A stretch of 64,000 bases of DNA from an uncultured bacterium (GTDB lineage Bacteria > Patescibacteriota > Minisyncoccia > Phycocordibacterales > UBA9973), in the NCBI GenBank assembly GCA_903894565.1, contig CAITQP010000005.1, positions 28,971 to 92,970 on the forward strand. The letters are read 5' to 3'. The position numbers were made by a program, and so were the translations under genes. Position 1 is the stretch's first letter; every line of letters starts with the position of its first letter. Below the pieces are notes generated by a model. The model saw nothing but the letters and a program-made list of their open reading frames with translations. It made no database searches and was not told the origin of the DNA. Below, piece after piece: positions 47,683-57,391 of the stretch.

Positions 47683-47715
47683 TTGGTCGGTCGCGTGAGC
47701 GACCGAATCATCCTA

Positions 47716-48135
47716 CTATATTTCTTCTTTTTTTGCTAGCCCCGCCTCACCACCTTCTTTACGAATCGCATCTGTTACTTTGTCTTTGTGTGCACGGATG
47801 TTTTTGAGGAATCCTGATGGTCGTCCGCCTATAGGGTGGTGTCCATTCTTTGTGATCAGACGAGTGAGTCGATCTTTCACTTTGCCGTCAGTTTTTCGTA
47901 CCCAAGTTGAGATGAGAATCCACGCCTTGAGTGTAAGAAGCACGATGTGGTGAACAGTAAACTTGGCAAATTCGATGAGACGCATACGAATGCTTTCGAT
48001 AGAAAGATCATGCCAATCTGCTTCCTCATATGATCCGGTAATAATTTTACCGGTACGGAAAAGCCAGACCTTGTGCCCAATGAGAGCGAAAGCGACTGCT
48101 ACTGAAAGGAAAAAGAGAATAATAGTGAATACCAT
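47716..48135 (-). CDS. Hypothetical membrane protein (139 aa)
   Basis: N-terminal TM helix (IILFFLSVAVAFALI) and a second hydrophobic segment. No motif recognised. Stop TAG. Confidence 0.5.
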   Translation of the reverse strand: MVFTIILFFLSVAVAFALIGHKVWLFRTGKIITGSYEEADWHDLSIESIRMRLIEFAKFTVHHIVLLTLKAWILISTWVRKTDGKVKDRLTRLITKNGHHPIGGRPSGFLKNIRAHKDKVTDAIRKEGGEAGLAKKEEI

Positions 48136-48156
48136 GTGAGTATTGTACCGCGTCTA

Positions 48157-48933
48157 TTACGCAGTTGCTACACGAACGAATCCGACGAGTGTCGCACCAT
48201 TTGCTGCGAGGAGCTTCTCGATCGTTTGGTCAGGATTCTTGATGAATGGCTGGTCAAGCAATGTGCGTTCTTTGAAGAATGTATCAAGCTTTCCTGCGAG
48301 CATCTTTTCTTGAATATCTGCTGGTTTACCTGATTTTGCAACCTCCTCCGCGAAGAGTGCTTTGACATTCGTCTTTGCATCTTCAGGAACATCGGCGCGA
48401 GTCTTGTATTCAGGATTCATTGCAGCAACATGCATCGCGATGTCTTTTGCGACCTCCTGATTGCCTCCACTGAGACCAACCATTGTGCCAACGCGTCCAT
48501 CGTGGACATAGACACCGACGACAGGAGCTTCCATAACAACGATTTCTCCGAGCTGAAGATTCTCTCCAAGCTTTTGGATACCAGTTGAGATGAGTTCAGG
48601 AGCCATTGCTTCAGCGGCTGCCTTACCTTTTTCGATTGCCTCGTTTGCAAGTGTTGTTGCGATTGCAACGAAGTCTGCATTTTTAGCAACGAAATCTGTC
48701 TCACAGCGGAGTGTCAAAAGGAGAGCGAATCCGTTCTTTTCAGCTTTGACGATAACGCCAGCAGTTGCCTCACGGTCAGACTTTTTGGCTGCAATTTCTG
48801 TTGATTTCTTTTTGAGGATGAGGAGCGCTTTTTCCATGTCTCCGCCCGCCTCTTCAAGTGCCTTTTTGCACTGCATAACTGAAACGCCCGTCTTGTCTCG
48901 CAATTCTTTGACCTGTTCCGTTGTGATAGCCAT
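48157..48933 (-). CDS. tsf: Elongation factor Ts
   Basis: MAITTEQVKELRDKTGVSVMQCKKALEEAGGDMEKALLILKKK UBA-like N-terminus plus EF-Ts core. Confidence 0.9.
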   Translation of the reverse strand: MAITTEQVKELRDKTGVSVMQCKKALEEAGGDMEKALLILKKKSTEIAAKKSDREATAGVIVKAEKNGFALLLTLRCETDFVAKNADFVAIATTLANEAIEKGKAAAEAMAPELISTGIQKLGENLQLGEIVVMEAPVVGVYVHDGRVGTMVGLSGGNQEVAKDIAMHVAAMNPEYKTRADVPEDAKTNVKALFAEEVAKSGKPADIQEKMLAGKLDTFFKERTLLDQPFIKNPDQTIEKLLAANGATLVGFVRVATA

Positions 48934-48949
48934 AGATATAGTTTTTTAA

Positions 48950-49645
48950 TTACTGCTTGTAAGCATCGGCAAGATGTTTGACGATGAATTCGATTGCTGC
49001 ACGTGATGCATCGTTGGCGAGGATTGGGTAGGTGATTGTAGTGAGGTCACAGTCTGTACTACCGAGGGCGATGACTGGGATACCGAGACGCTGAGCTTCG
49101 AGGACTGCGATTTCTTCCTTCTTAGGGTCTACGATGAAGAGTGCATCTGGAAGTCCTTTGAGAGAAACGATACCACTGAAGAGTTCTTCCATCTTCGCAA
49201 CTTCACGCGCGATGAGGAGCTGTTCTTTCTTGGTGTATTTTTTCTGAAGGTCTCCAGAAATTTTGGCTGCACGGAGTTCTTCGAGACGAGTGAGACGCTT
49301 TTTGATCTCAGGGAAGTTTGTAAGGATACCTCCAACCCAGCGACTTGTAACGAATGGAAGATCGAGACTTTCTGCGGCTGTGCGAGTAGCATCTTTTGCT
49401 TCTGGCTTCGTACCGACGAAGATAACAGTCTTGCCTTTCTGGCCGAGAGTCTTCATGTACTCAGCAGCTTTTTGGAGCATGACTTCTGTCTGCTCGATAT
49501 CAATGATGTCGACCTTGTTTTTGGTGCCGAACAAATGTCGGGCGACCGATGGGTGACGGCGAGTTCGGGAATACCCGAAGTGAGCGCCGACACTAAAGAG
49601 CTCCTTGAGGAGCGGGGATGCACTGGTGTTCTCTGACATAGACAC
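48950..49645 (-). CDS. rpsB: 30S ribosomal protein S2
   Basis: LLKELFSVGAHFGYSRTRRHPSVARHLFG... canonical S2. Confidence 0.9.
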   Translation of the reverse strand: MSMSENTSASPLLKELFSVGAHFGYSRTRRHPSVARHLFGTKNKVDIIDIEQTEVMLQKAAEYMKTLGQKGKTVIFVGTKPEAKDATRTAAESLDLPFVTSRWVGGILTNFPEIKKRLTRLEELRAAKISGDLQKKYTKKEQLLIAREVAKMEELFSGIVSLKGLPDALFIVDPKKEEIAVLEAQRLGIPVIALGSTDCDLTTITYPILANDASRAAIEFIVKHLADAYKQ

Positions 49646-49906
49646 AATAGCTTGGTTTCTCGGTTCATGACCGGAAAACCTTAATTATAAAGCCGAGCGT
49701 AGCTCGGCGCGATCCGTTTTTAAGCATTTCAGCTTGGCATTTCTGCCGATACAGGGAAGGTGACTAGTGTCGGGACTCCCCACGGAAAGCCCAATTACTA
49801 TAGCAGAAAAATTGGTTTTGGGCAAATGTCTGATGCCAGCATCAGTTCATTTGTAAAAGGCACTTTTTTCCTGTAGTATCCGTATATAGCATAATCTAAA
49901 AAACAG

Positions 49907-51364
49907 ATGGCAAATCCTCAAAATCAATCAACTGAAGAGTCGTTCCACATCACTCCTCGCGCAGAGGATTATTCTGCATGGTATCTCGATATTATTCGTG
50001 CAGCTGGGCTTGCCGAGCATGGTCCTGCAAAGGGAACGATGGTTATCAAGCCATACGGCTATGCAATTTGGGAAAAAGTACAGACAGTATTGAACGCAAA
50101 ATTCAAAGAATCAAATGTTGAGAATGCATATTTCCCGATGCTCATTCCGGAAAGTCTTTTGAAGCGCGAGGCTGATCATATTGAAGGCTTCGCTCCAGAA
50201 GTTGCAGTTGTGACCCATGCTGGTGGCAAAGATTTGGAAGAGCGCCTCATCATTCGACCGACTTCGGAGACTATCATGTACGAAGTGTTTTCAAATTGGA
50301 TTCACTCATACCGAGATTTGCCACTGCTCATCAACCAATGGGCAAACGTTGTGCGTTGGGAAATGCGTCCTCGACTTTTTTTGCGTACGACAGAATTTTT
50401 GTGGCAGGAAGGACACACGGTGCATGCGAGCGAGGCGCTTGCCGACGAGCGTGCTCGAATGATGCTTGAGGTGTATCGAGATTTTGCAGAAACGTACATG
50501 GCTATTCCTGTTATCCCAGGACAAAAATCTGATTCAGAAAAATTTGCAGGAGCACTTCGTACCTATACATGTGAGGCAATGATGCAAGACGGCAAGGCGC
50601 TTCAGTTTGCAACATCACACAACCTTGGTGATCATTTTGCAAAAGCATTTCATATTCAATTCCTCGATGAAAACAATGAACAACAGTTTGGTTGGCAAAC
50701 AAGCTGGGGACTTTCGACTCGCTCAATTGGCGGACTTATCATGACACATAGTGATGATAAGGGTCTCGTGCTTCCTCCAAAGATGGCTTCTATTCAAGCA
50801 GTGCTTGTGCCAATTCTCATTGGCAAAGATGTTGATACTGATGTGCTCTCAAAAATGAAAGAACTTGATGCGCAGATTCGCGGACTTTCAATTAGTACAA
50901 AAATCGATGATCGCGCACTGCGCCCTGGTGAGAAATTTTATGAATGGGAACGCAAAGGTGTGCCTGTACGTGTTGAATTCGGACCAAAAGATCTTGCAGC
51001 AAATCATGCTGTACTTGTGCGTCGCGATACAGGCGAAAAAGAAACAGTCACGCTCAGTGATGTACCAGAACGTATCGGTCAGCTTCTCGAAACAATTCAG
51101 AAATCTCTCTACGAGCGTGCAGTACAACTTCGTACTTCAAAAACAAAAACACTCGATACCTGGGATGAATTTAAACAGGCAATCGAAGAAGGAAATTTTG
51201 TTCTCGGTCATTGGGACGGTACGCGCGAAACAGAAGCGTTGATCAAAGAAGAAACAGGAGCAACGATTCGCTGCATCCCATTTGATTCAAAAGACGAAGT
51301 TGGTATGTGTATTAAGTCTGGTAAGCCATCGAAGCGCCGCGTTATTTTTGCGAAAGCATATTAA
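49907..51364 (+). CDS. proS: Prolyl-tRNA synthetase, archaeal/eukaryotic-type (no INS editing domain, C-terminal Zn-binding domain)
   Basis: 485 aa; class II motifs; N-terminus FHITPRAEDYSAWYLDII and a C-terminal domain ending ...AKAY, typical of the archaeal-like ProRS form. Confidence 0.85.
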   Translation: MANPQNQSTEESFHITPRAEDYSAWYLDIIRAAGLAEHGPAKGTMVIKPYGYAIWEKVQTVLNAKFKESNVENAYFPMLIPESLLKREADHIEGFAPEVAVVTHAGGKDLEERLIIRPTSETIMYEVFSNWIHSYRDLPLLINQWANVVRWEMRPRLFLRTTEFLWQEGHTVHASEALADERARMMLEVYRDFAETYMAIPVIPGQKSDSEKFAGALRTYTCEAMMQDGKALQFATSHNLGDHFAKAFHIQFLDENNEQQFGWQTSWGLSTRSIGGLIMTHSDDKGLVLPPKMASIQAVLVPILIGKDVDTDVLSKMKELDAQIRGLSISTKIDDRALRPGEKFYEWERKGVPVRVEFGPKDLAANHAVLVRRDTGEKETVTLSDVPERIGQLLETIQKSLYERAVQLRTSKTKTLDTWDEFKQAIEEGNFVLGHWDGTRETEALIKEETGATIRCIPFDSKDEVGMCIKSGKPSKRRVIFAKAY

Positions 51365-51369
51365 GTTTT

Positions 51370-52416
51370 ATGTTTGAACGGGTCTACAACACATTCTCAA
51401 ACGACATCGGTATCGACCTTGGTACTGCCAATACGCTCGTGTACCTCAAGGGGCATGGGATTGTGATTAATGAACCTTCTGTCGTTGCGGTGAATCAAAA
51501 GACTGGACGCATTGTGGCTGTCGGGACTGAGGCGAAGAACATGCTCGGACGAACTCCAGGGCATATTCGTGCGGTGCGACCGATCATTGATGGCGTGATT
51601 TCGGATTTTGAGGTGACCGAGGAGATGCTTTCGTATTTGATTGCGAAGGCCGAAAAAATTTCGAAGAAATTTTTTCGGCCCCGTGTCGTCGTCGGTGTCC
51701 CATCAGGAATCACCAATGTCGAAATTCGAGCCGTGTATGACGCGGCAAAATCTGCCGGAGCTCGCGAAGTATTCATTATCGAAGAACCAATGGCTGCAGC
51801 GATTGGCATTCGTCTCCCCGTCAAAGAACCAGTCGGTTCGATGATCGTTGATATTGGCGGAGGTACGACAGACATCGCTATCATTTCTCTTGGAGGAATT
51901 GTGCGAAGCAAGAATTCAAAAGTCGCTGGCGACAGACTCAACTCAGATATATCTTCATACCTTCGCGATGAATTCAAATTACTCATCGGAGAAAAGACTG
52001 CTGAGAATGTAAAAATTGCAATTGCGAGCGCGACGGAAGGCAAATTTCAAGAAGCTCAAGTTCGTGGACGCGATCTTGTCACAGGACTTCCACGTGAAGT
52101 TATCATAACTGATAGTGATATCCGTGAAGCGATCGCGCCTGCGGTGAATGAACTCGTTGATAGTATCAAAGAGGTACTCGAAACAACGCCACCAGAAATT
52201 CTCTCTGATGTAATGCATCGAGGCATTGTCCTCTCTGGTGGCGGAGCGCTTCTGACAGGCCTCGACTCACTGCTTGAAGGAGTGCTTAAAATTCCAATTT
52301 TCGTCGCAGAGGATCCGCTCACGGCTGTTGCTCGTGGTGCCGGCGTTGTGCTTGATGCAGTAGATGAATACGAAGAACAACTCGTGAGCTCGACGAACGA
52401 TCTGCCTCCACGATAG
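51370..52416 (+). CDS. mreB: Rod-shape-determining protein MreB
   Basis: IGIDLGTANTLVY..., actin-like ATPase motifs. Confidence 0.9.
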   Translation: MFERVYNTFSNDIGIDLGTANTLVYLKGHGIVINEPSVVAVNQKTGRIVAVGTEAKNMLGRTPGHIRAVRPIIDGVISDFEVTEEMLSYLIAKAEKISKKFFRPRVVVGVPSGITNVEIRAVYDAAKSAGAREVFIIEEPMAAAIGIRLPVKEPVGSMIVDIGGGTTDIAIISLGGIVRSKNSKVAGDRLNSDISSYLRDEFKLLIGEKTAENVKIAIASATEGKFQEAQVRGRDLVTGLPREVIITDSDIREAIAPAVNELVDSIKEVLETTPPEILSDVMHRGIVLSGGGALLTGLDSLLEGVLKIPIFVAEDPLTAVARGAGVVLDAVDEYEEQLVSSTNDLPPR

Positions 52417-52457
52417 TCGGGTATCTGCTTAAGCACCTTTTGTGCTATTCTAGAAAA

Positions 52458-53252
52458 ATGATTCCGCGTCAGCGACAATTTGCTCCAACTCATACAAAGA
52501 CTCGCCAATTGCGCGTCATTGGGGCCCTTCTTTTTCTTGTTATTATTTTTGCGATCCCCACTGTTCGTTCGGTCACGCGTCGAAGTGTGAGCGCTGTTGG
52601 TATAACCATCGCACGGAGTACACATGCTATTGGAGGATTGTTTGTCACTATCGGCACAACGGTGCGATCAAAGTATTCACTCGCGAATGAAAATGATGCA
52701 CTCAAAGCACAAGTTTCAGAATTGAACGCACGACTCGCACAAAGTGATCAGACAGCACGAGAGAATGTTAATTTAAAATCTGCGATGGGAAGGAATGAAA
52801 GTGCCCATTTCATTCTTGCTACCGTTATCGAAAAACCGCCACATTCACTGTACGACACACTGGTGATTGACGGAGGAAGTTCTGTTGGATTTTCTGTTGG
52901 ACAGATTGTGTATGCGAATGGCGAAACACCGATTGGTTCGATTGAGCAAGTGTTGCCGAGTACTGCGATTGTTAAATTGTACTCTGCTCCAGGAGAAGAA
53001 ACAGAAGCTCGACTTATGCCATCAAATATTGACGTAACACTTACGGGAAAAGGGGGAGGTAATTTTTATACAACAATACCTCACGATGTTACTGTTTCAG
53101 ACGGCGCGACTGTGATGACAAAGGAAACGAATGCGAGCACTATTGCTGTGTTTCAAAAAGTCGTATCAGATGCGCGAGATTCGTTTCAGACAATTCTCCT
53201 TGGAGCACCACTTAATATTTATGAATTGAATTTTGTTGAAGTAAGACAATAA
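52458..53252 (+). CDS. mreC: Rod-shape-determining protein MreC
   Basis: N-terminal TM, coiled-coil (LKAQVSELNARLAQ), beta-rich C-terminus. Immediately after mreB. Start at ATG 52458 (the ORF track begins at TTG 52440). Confidence 0.75.
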   Translation: MIPRQRQFAPTHTKTRQLRVIGALLFLVIIFAIPTVRSVTRRSVSAVGITIARSTHAIGGLFVTIGTTVRSKYSLANENDALKAQVSELNARLAQSDQTARENVNLKSAMGRNESAHFILATVIEKPPHSLYDTLVIDGGSSVGFSVGQIVYANGETPIGSIEQVLPSTAIVKLYSAPGEETEARLMPSNIDVTLTGKGGGNFYTTIPHDVTVSDGATVMTKETNASTIAVFQKVVSDARDSFQTILLGAPLNIYELNFVEVRQ

Positions 53253-53256
53253 TTTT

Positions 53257-54486
53257 GTGAAGCCAATCCAATTTACGATTACAAAAAAAATTCCGAATGC
53301 GCTTGGACGAGCCGGAGTATTAGAAACACCTCACGGCACAGTACAGACACCGGCGTTTGTTTCTGTGGGAACGAAAGCAACAGTGAAAGGAATGACGCCT
53401 GAAATGTTGAAAGATATGGGCGGGCAAATCACACTTTGTAATACGTACCATTTGTATTTGCAGCCTGGGGATGAATTGATTGCGCGCGCAGGAGGACTCC
53501 ACACATTCATGGGATGGAACGGACCGATGATGACAGACTCAGGAGGTTTTCAAGTATTTTCACTTGGTGCCGCGTATGGCAAGGGAATTTCAAAAGTGCT
53601 ACATCCAGCCGAACCATCACAACAAATTCCTGAGCGTTCAAGTGCTGATGATGGTGTTCCTCGTCTCGCGACGGTTGGTAATGATGGCGTGTCGTTTCGT
53701 TCGCACATTGATGGAAGTTTGCATTACATTACGCCTGAGAAGTCGATGGAGATCCAACACAATCTTGGGGCTGATCTTATTTTTGCGTTCGATGAATGTA
53801 CCTCGCCGACAGAAGAACGCAGATATCAGGAAGAGGCGCTCATGCGTACTCATGCGTGGGCGAAGCGAAGTCTTGAGTATCATCATGCACGACCGAATGC
53901 TGAGAGACAGGCACTGCTTGGGATTGTACAAGGTGGACGTGATGAGGAATTGCGCCGCCGGTCGGCACGCGAAATATCTCTGATGCGCTCGACCGGCGGC
54001 GCCGAATTCGACGGCTTTGGCATCGGAGGTTCATTTGAAAAAGACGATCTACATAGTGCGGTGCAGTGGGTGAATGAAGAATTGCCTGAAGACAAACCGC
54101 GTCACTTGCTCGGTATCGGCGAACCAGAAGATTTATTTATGGGAGTTGAGAATGGTGTTGACCTTTTTGATTGTGTCGCACCCACGCGCAATGCTCGCTC
54201 AACGGGAACACTCTATACCAAAGAAGGGCGAATGCGTATTATGAACACAAAATATCGCGAAGATTTCACTCCCATCGAAAGTGATTGTGGATGCTATACG
54301 TGTACACATTTTACTCGTGCATATCTCGCGCATCTTTTTCATGCGAAAGAAATGCTTGGCAGCATGCTCGCAAGCGTTCACAATTTATACTTTCTGACAC
54401 ATCTCGTTGATCAAATGCGTGAGGCGATTATTGCCGGAACTTTTTATGAACTCAAGGAATCGTTCATGAAATCGTATGCAAAATAA
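53257..54486 (+). CDS. tgt: Queuine tRNA-ribosyltransferase
   Basis: TPHGTVQTPAFVSVGT..., DSGGFQ, and zinc motif CGCYTCTHFTRAYLAHL. GTG start. Confidence 0.9.
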   Translation: MKPIQFTITKKIPNALGRAGVLETPHGTVQTPAFVSVGTKATVKGMTPEMLKDMGGQITLCNTYHLYLQPGDELIARAGGLHTFMGWNGPMMTDSGGFQVFSLGAAYGKGISKVLHPAEPSQQIPERSSADDGVPRLATVGNDGVSFRSHIDGSLHYITPEKSMEIQHNLGADLIFAFDECTSPTEERRYQEEALMRTHAWAKRSLEYHHARPNAERQALLGIVQGGRDEELRRRSAREISLMRSTGGAEFDGFGIGGSFEKDDLHSAVQWVNEELPEDKPRHLLGIGEPEDLFMGVENGVDLFDCVAPTRNARSTGTLYTKEGRMRIMNTKYREDFTPIESDCGCYTCTHFTRAYLAHLFHAKEMLGSMLASVHNLYFLTHLVDQMREAIIAGTFYELKESFMKSYAK

Positions 54487-54487
54487 C

Positions 54488-54802
54488 ATGGATATCGAAA
54501 AAGGATTTTACTATCATTACAAGCACGATCCAGCGGGTGAGATAAACAACTATGCGTATGAGGTGATGGGTATCGCACATCACTCTGAAATTGATGGTCT
54601 CGCCGAGAGTGCAATGGTCATGTATCGACCCCTTTATAATGCGCCGATATACCAAGCGGGGAAGCATTGGAACGTACGACCGCGCGCGATGTTCGCAGAA
54701 ATTGTGACGAAAAATGATATCAACAAGCCACGTTTTCAAAAAATTACTGATGCTACAATACTCGGTGAGCTTGAGAAAATTCGCGATGCCATGTATAACT
54801 AA
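54488..54802 (+). CDS. DUF1653-family protein
   Basis: MDIEKGFYYHYKHDPAGEINNYAYEVMGIAHHSEIDG...MYRPLY matches the DUF1653 pattern. ATG 1 nt after the tgt stop. Confidence 0.6.
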   Translation: MDIEKGFYYHYKHDPAGEINNYAYEVMGIAHHSEIDGLAESAMVMYRPLYNAPIYQAGKHWNVRPRAMFAEIVTKNDINKPRFQKITDATILGELEKIRDAMYN

Positions 54803-54810
54803 CAGCTACG

Positions 54811-56835
54811 ATGTCAAAGAATATTTTTACTATAGAGAGTGACTGGGCGCCGTCAGGCGATCAGCCAGAGGCAATCAAAGCACTCGTCAAAGGACTTGAT
54901 TCAGGTATGCAAAAGCAGACCCTTCTTGGTGCTACCGGTACAGGAAAAACATTCACGATAGCGAATGTCATTCAACAACACAACAAACCGACGCTCATCA
55001 TCGCCCACAACAAAACACTCGCCGCACAGCTCGCACAGGAATTTCGAGAATTTTTTCCAAACCACGCAGTGCACTATTTTGTCTCATACTATGACTTCTA
55101 TCAACCAGAAGCATATCTTCCGACGAGTGATACCTATATTGAAAAAGACGCACAGATTAATAAAGAAATTGATCGTCTTCGTCACGCGACGACACAGTCC
55201 CTCCTGCTCAGGAAAGATGTGATTATCGTTGCGTCGGTTTCGTGTATTTATGGTCTTGGAAGTCCAGCTGAATATCAGAAAGTGAATATGAAATTGTCTG
55301 TTGGTGACACGATCGATCGTACAGCACTCATGCGCCGACTTATTGAAGTACATTTTACTCGTACGAATGCCGATCTTGAACCGGGAACATTTCGTTCTGT
55401 CGGGAATAAAATCGACATCATGCCAATCTCAGAAACGATGATGTACCAGATTTCAGTTGGTGCTCGTGGTATCGAACGTATTACAAAGATTGATCCTGTT
55501 TCATCCAAATCACTTGGTGATCAAGAACATTTGTTCGTATTTCCTGCGAAGCACTTCATCACGAATGATGAGAGCAAGACACGTGCCGTCAAAAGTATAA
55601 AAGCGGAACTCGCTACTCAGCTCAAGAAATTCGAAAAAGAAGGAAAGCTTCTCGAAGCAGAACGATTGAAGCGACGCACAACATATGATCTCGCGATGAT
55701 TGATGAAATGGGTTACTGTAACGGAATTGAAAACTATTCACGTCATCTCTCGGGTAAAAAAGCAGGGGATCCACCAGAAACATTACTCTCATATTTTCCA
55801 CACAAGGCTGATGGCTCGCCAGATTTTCTGACGATCATTGATGAGTCCCACGTGACCTTGCCACAGATTGGTGGTATGTATGCAGGTGATCAAGCTCGCA
55901 AGAAAAATCTTGTGGAATTCGGTTTTCGTTTGCCGAGCGCCTGTGACAACAGACCGCTCACATTTCCAGAATTTGAACAACGTATTGGACAAGTCGTCTT
56001 CGTTTCGGCGACTCCCGCTATCCGCGAAAAAGAAATGAGTGAACAAATTGTTCAGCAGATTATTCGTCCCACCGGACTTGTTGACCCAGAAGTTATCGTG
56101 CGTCCAATTTTGGAAAAGGGAAGTTACCCAGGACAAATTCAAGATTTTATTCGCGAAACGGAACTCACGGTGAAGAAAGGTGATCGTGTTCTTGCCACGA
56201 CACTCACCAAGAAAATGGCCGAAGATCTTGCCACGTATCTCAAAGACAAAAAAATCAATGCGGAGTATCTGCATAGTGAAATCAAAACAATCGATCGTAT
56301 TCGTATTCTCACTCAATTCCGCAAAGGTGAATTTGATGTGCTTGTCGGTGTGAACTTGCTTCGAGAAGGTCTCGACCTCCCAGAAGTTTCTTTTATCGGA
56401 ATTCTTGACGCTGACAAGGAAGGATTTCTTCGTTCAGAAACTTCTCTCATTCAAACGATCGGTCGTGCTGCTCGTAACGTTGATGGTCACGTTATTCTTT
56501 ATGCAGATGTGATGACCGGTTCGCTCGAAAAAGCGATCGGCGAAACGAATCGCCGTCGTGCGATTCAAGTTGCGTACAATACGAAGCATGGTATTACGCC
56601 GATGACTATCAAGAAGGCCATTCGTGATATTGCACAAGAACTTGAAAGTGAACACGAAAAGGCCCTCGGGGAAGAATTGTCGATTGACATGGCAATGCTT
56701 GGCACAAAAGGACCAAAGGCATATGCAAAACTCATCAAAATAAAAGAAAAAGAAATGAACGCTGCGGTGAAAGATCTTGATTTTGAGACAGCTGCAATCT
56801 TGCGCGATGAGATCCAAGCTCTCCGAGCACGGTAA
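54811..56835 (+). CDS. uvrB: Excinuclease ABC subunit B
   Basis: GATGTGKTFT Walker A, helicase motifs, C-terminal UVR domain (AAILRDEIQALRAR). Confidence 0.95.
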   Translation: MSKNIFTIESDWAPSGDQPEAIKALVKGLDSGMQKQTLLGATGTGKTFTIANVIQQHNKPTLIIAHNKTLAAQLAQEFREFFPNHAVHYFVSYYDFYQPEAYLPTSDTYIEKDAQINKEIDRLRHATTQSLLLRKDVIIVASVSCIYGLGSPAEYQKVNMKLSVGDTIDRTALMRRLIEVHFTRTNADLEPGTFRSVGNKIDIMPISETMMYQISVGARGIERITKIDPVSSKSLGDQEHLFVFPAKHFITNDESKTRAVKSIKAELATQLKKFEKEGKLLEAERLKRRTTYDLAMIDEMGYCNGIENYSRHLSGKKAGDPPETLLSYFPHKADGSPDFLTIIDESHVTLPQIGGMYAGDQARKKNLVEFGFRLPSACDNRPLTFPEFEQRIGQVVFVSATPAIREKEMSEQIVQQIIRPTGLVDPEVIVRPILEKGSYPGQIQDFIRETELTVKKGDRVLATTLTKKMAEDLATYLKDKKINAEYLHSEIKTIDRIRILTQFRKGEFDVLVGVNLLREGLDLPEVSFIGILDADKEGFLRSETSLIQTIGRAARNVDGHVILYADVMTGSLEKAIGETNRRRAIQVAYNTKHGITPMTIKKAIRDIAQELESEHEKALGEELSIDMAMLGTKGPKAYAKLIKIKEKEMNAAVKDLDFETAAILRDEIQALRAR

Positions 56836-56896
56836 CTTGCGCAAAACCAAAAAGTGATGTATTGTGCGACTATAATAATTAACGCAGGAATTCAGT

Positions 56897-57391
56897 ATGA
56901 AAACAATGGATAAGAAATGGTGGTGGGTTGTTGGCGGAGCTGTCGTACTCGTGATTGTGCTCGCAATTGCGCTTCGTCCAAATCGTAAAGTAGAAGCTCC
57001 CGCAACAGCACCATCAACTCACGACCTCGAGACCTCAGTACTTCAATCGACTGAAGATTTTAGTAGCGGTAGTGTGCATCAGACACCTACTCCAACTGCT
57101 CCTGTATTGACGTACGCCGAGGCACTTACTCAGTACGCGGATGCACGTCTTGAATTTGACTCAGGGTGTCAGGTAAGACCCGTCAACCAAACATGGAAGA
57201 ATAATACTGAACTCATGCTTGATAATCGTTCGGGAGAAAATCGTTTGATTCACATGGATGTCCTTGGAGATGTTACAATCAAACCGTGGGGATTTAAAAT
57301 TGTGAAGTTCTCAAGTCTTACAACTCCAGATACAATCATGATCGACTGTGGAAATTTGCAAAATGTTACGACTGTGCTTCTTCAAAAATAA
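56897..57391 (+). CDS. Membrane-anchored hypothetical protein (164 aa)
   Basis: N-terminal TM (WWWVVGGAVVLVIVLAIAL). No motif recognised. Lies between uvrB and uvrA. Confidence 0.5.
   Translation: MKTMDKKWWWVVGGAVVLVIVLAIALRPNRKVEAPATAPSTHDLETSVLQSTEDFSSGSVHQTPTPTAPVLTYAEALTQYADARLEFDSGCQVRPVNQTWKNNTELMLDNRSGENRLIHMDVLGDVTIKPWGFKIVKFSSLTTPDTIMIDCGNLQNVTTVLLQK

Noticed and set aside
47548-47715. Integrative element at tRNA-Thr (integrase or attachment repeats)
   Set aside because: No integrase or recombinase gene and no obvious direct repeat of the tRNA 3' end. The adjacent island is flagged only as possibly acquired.
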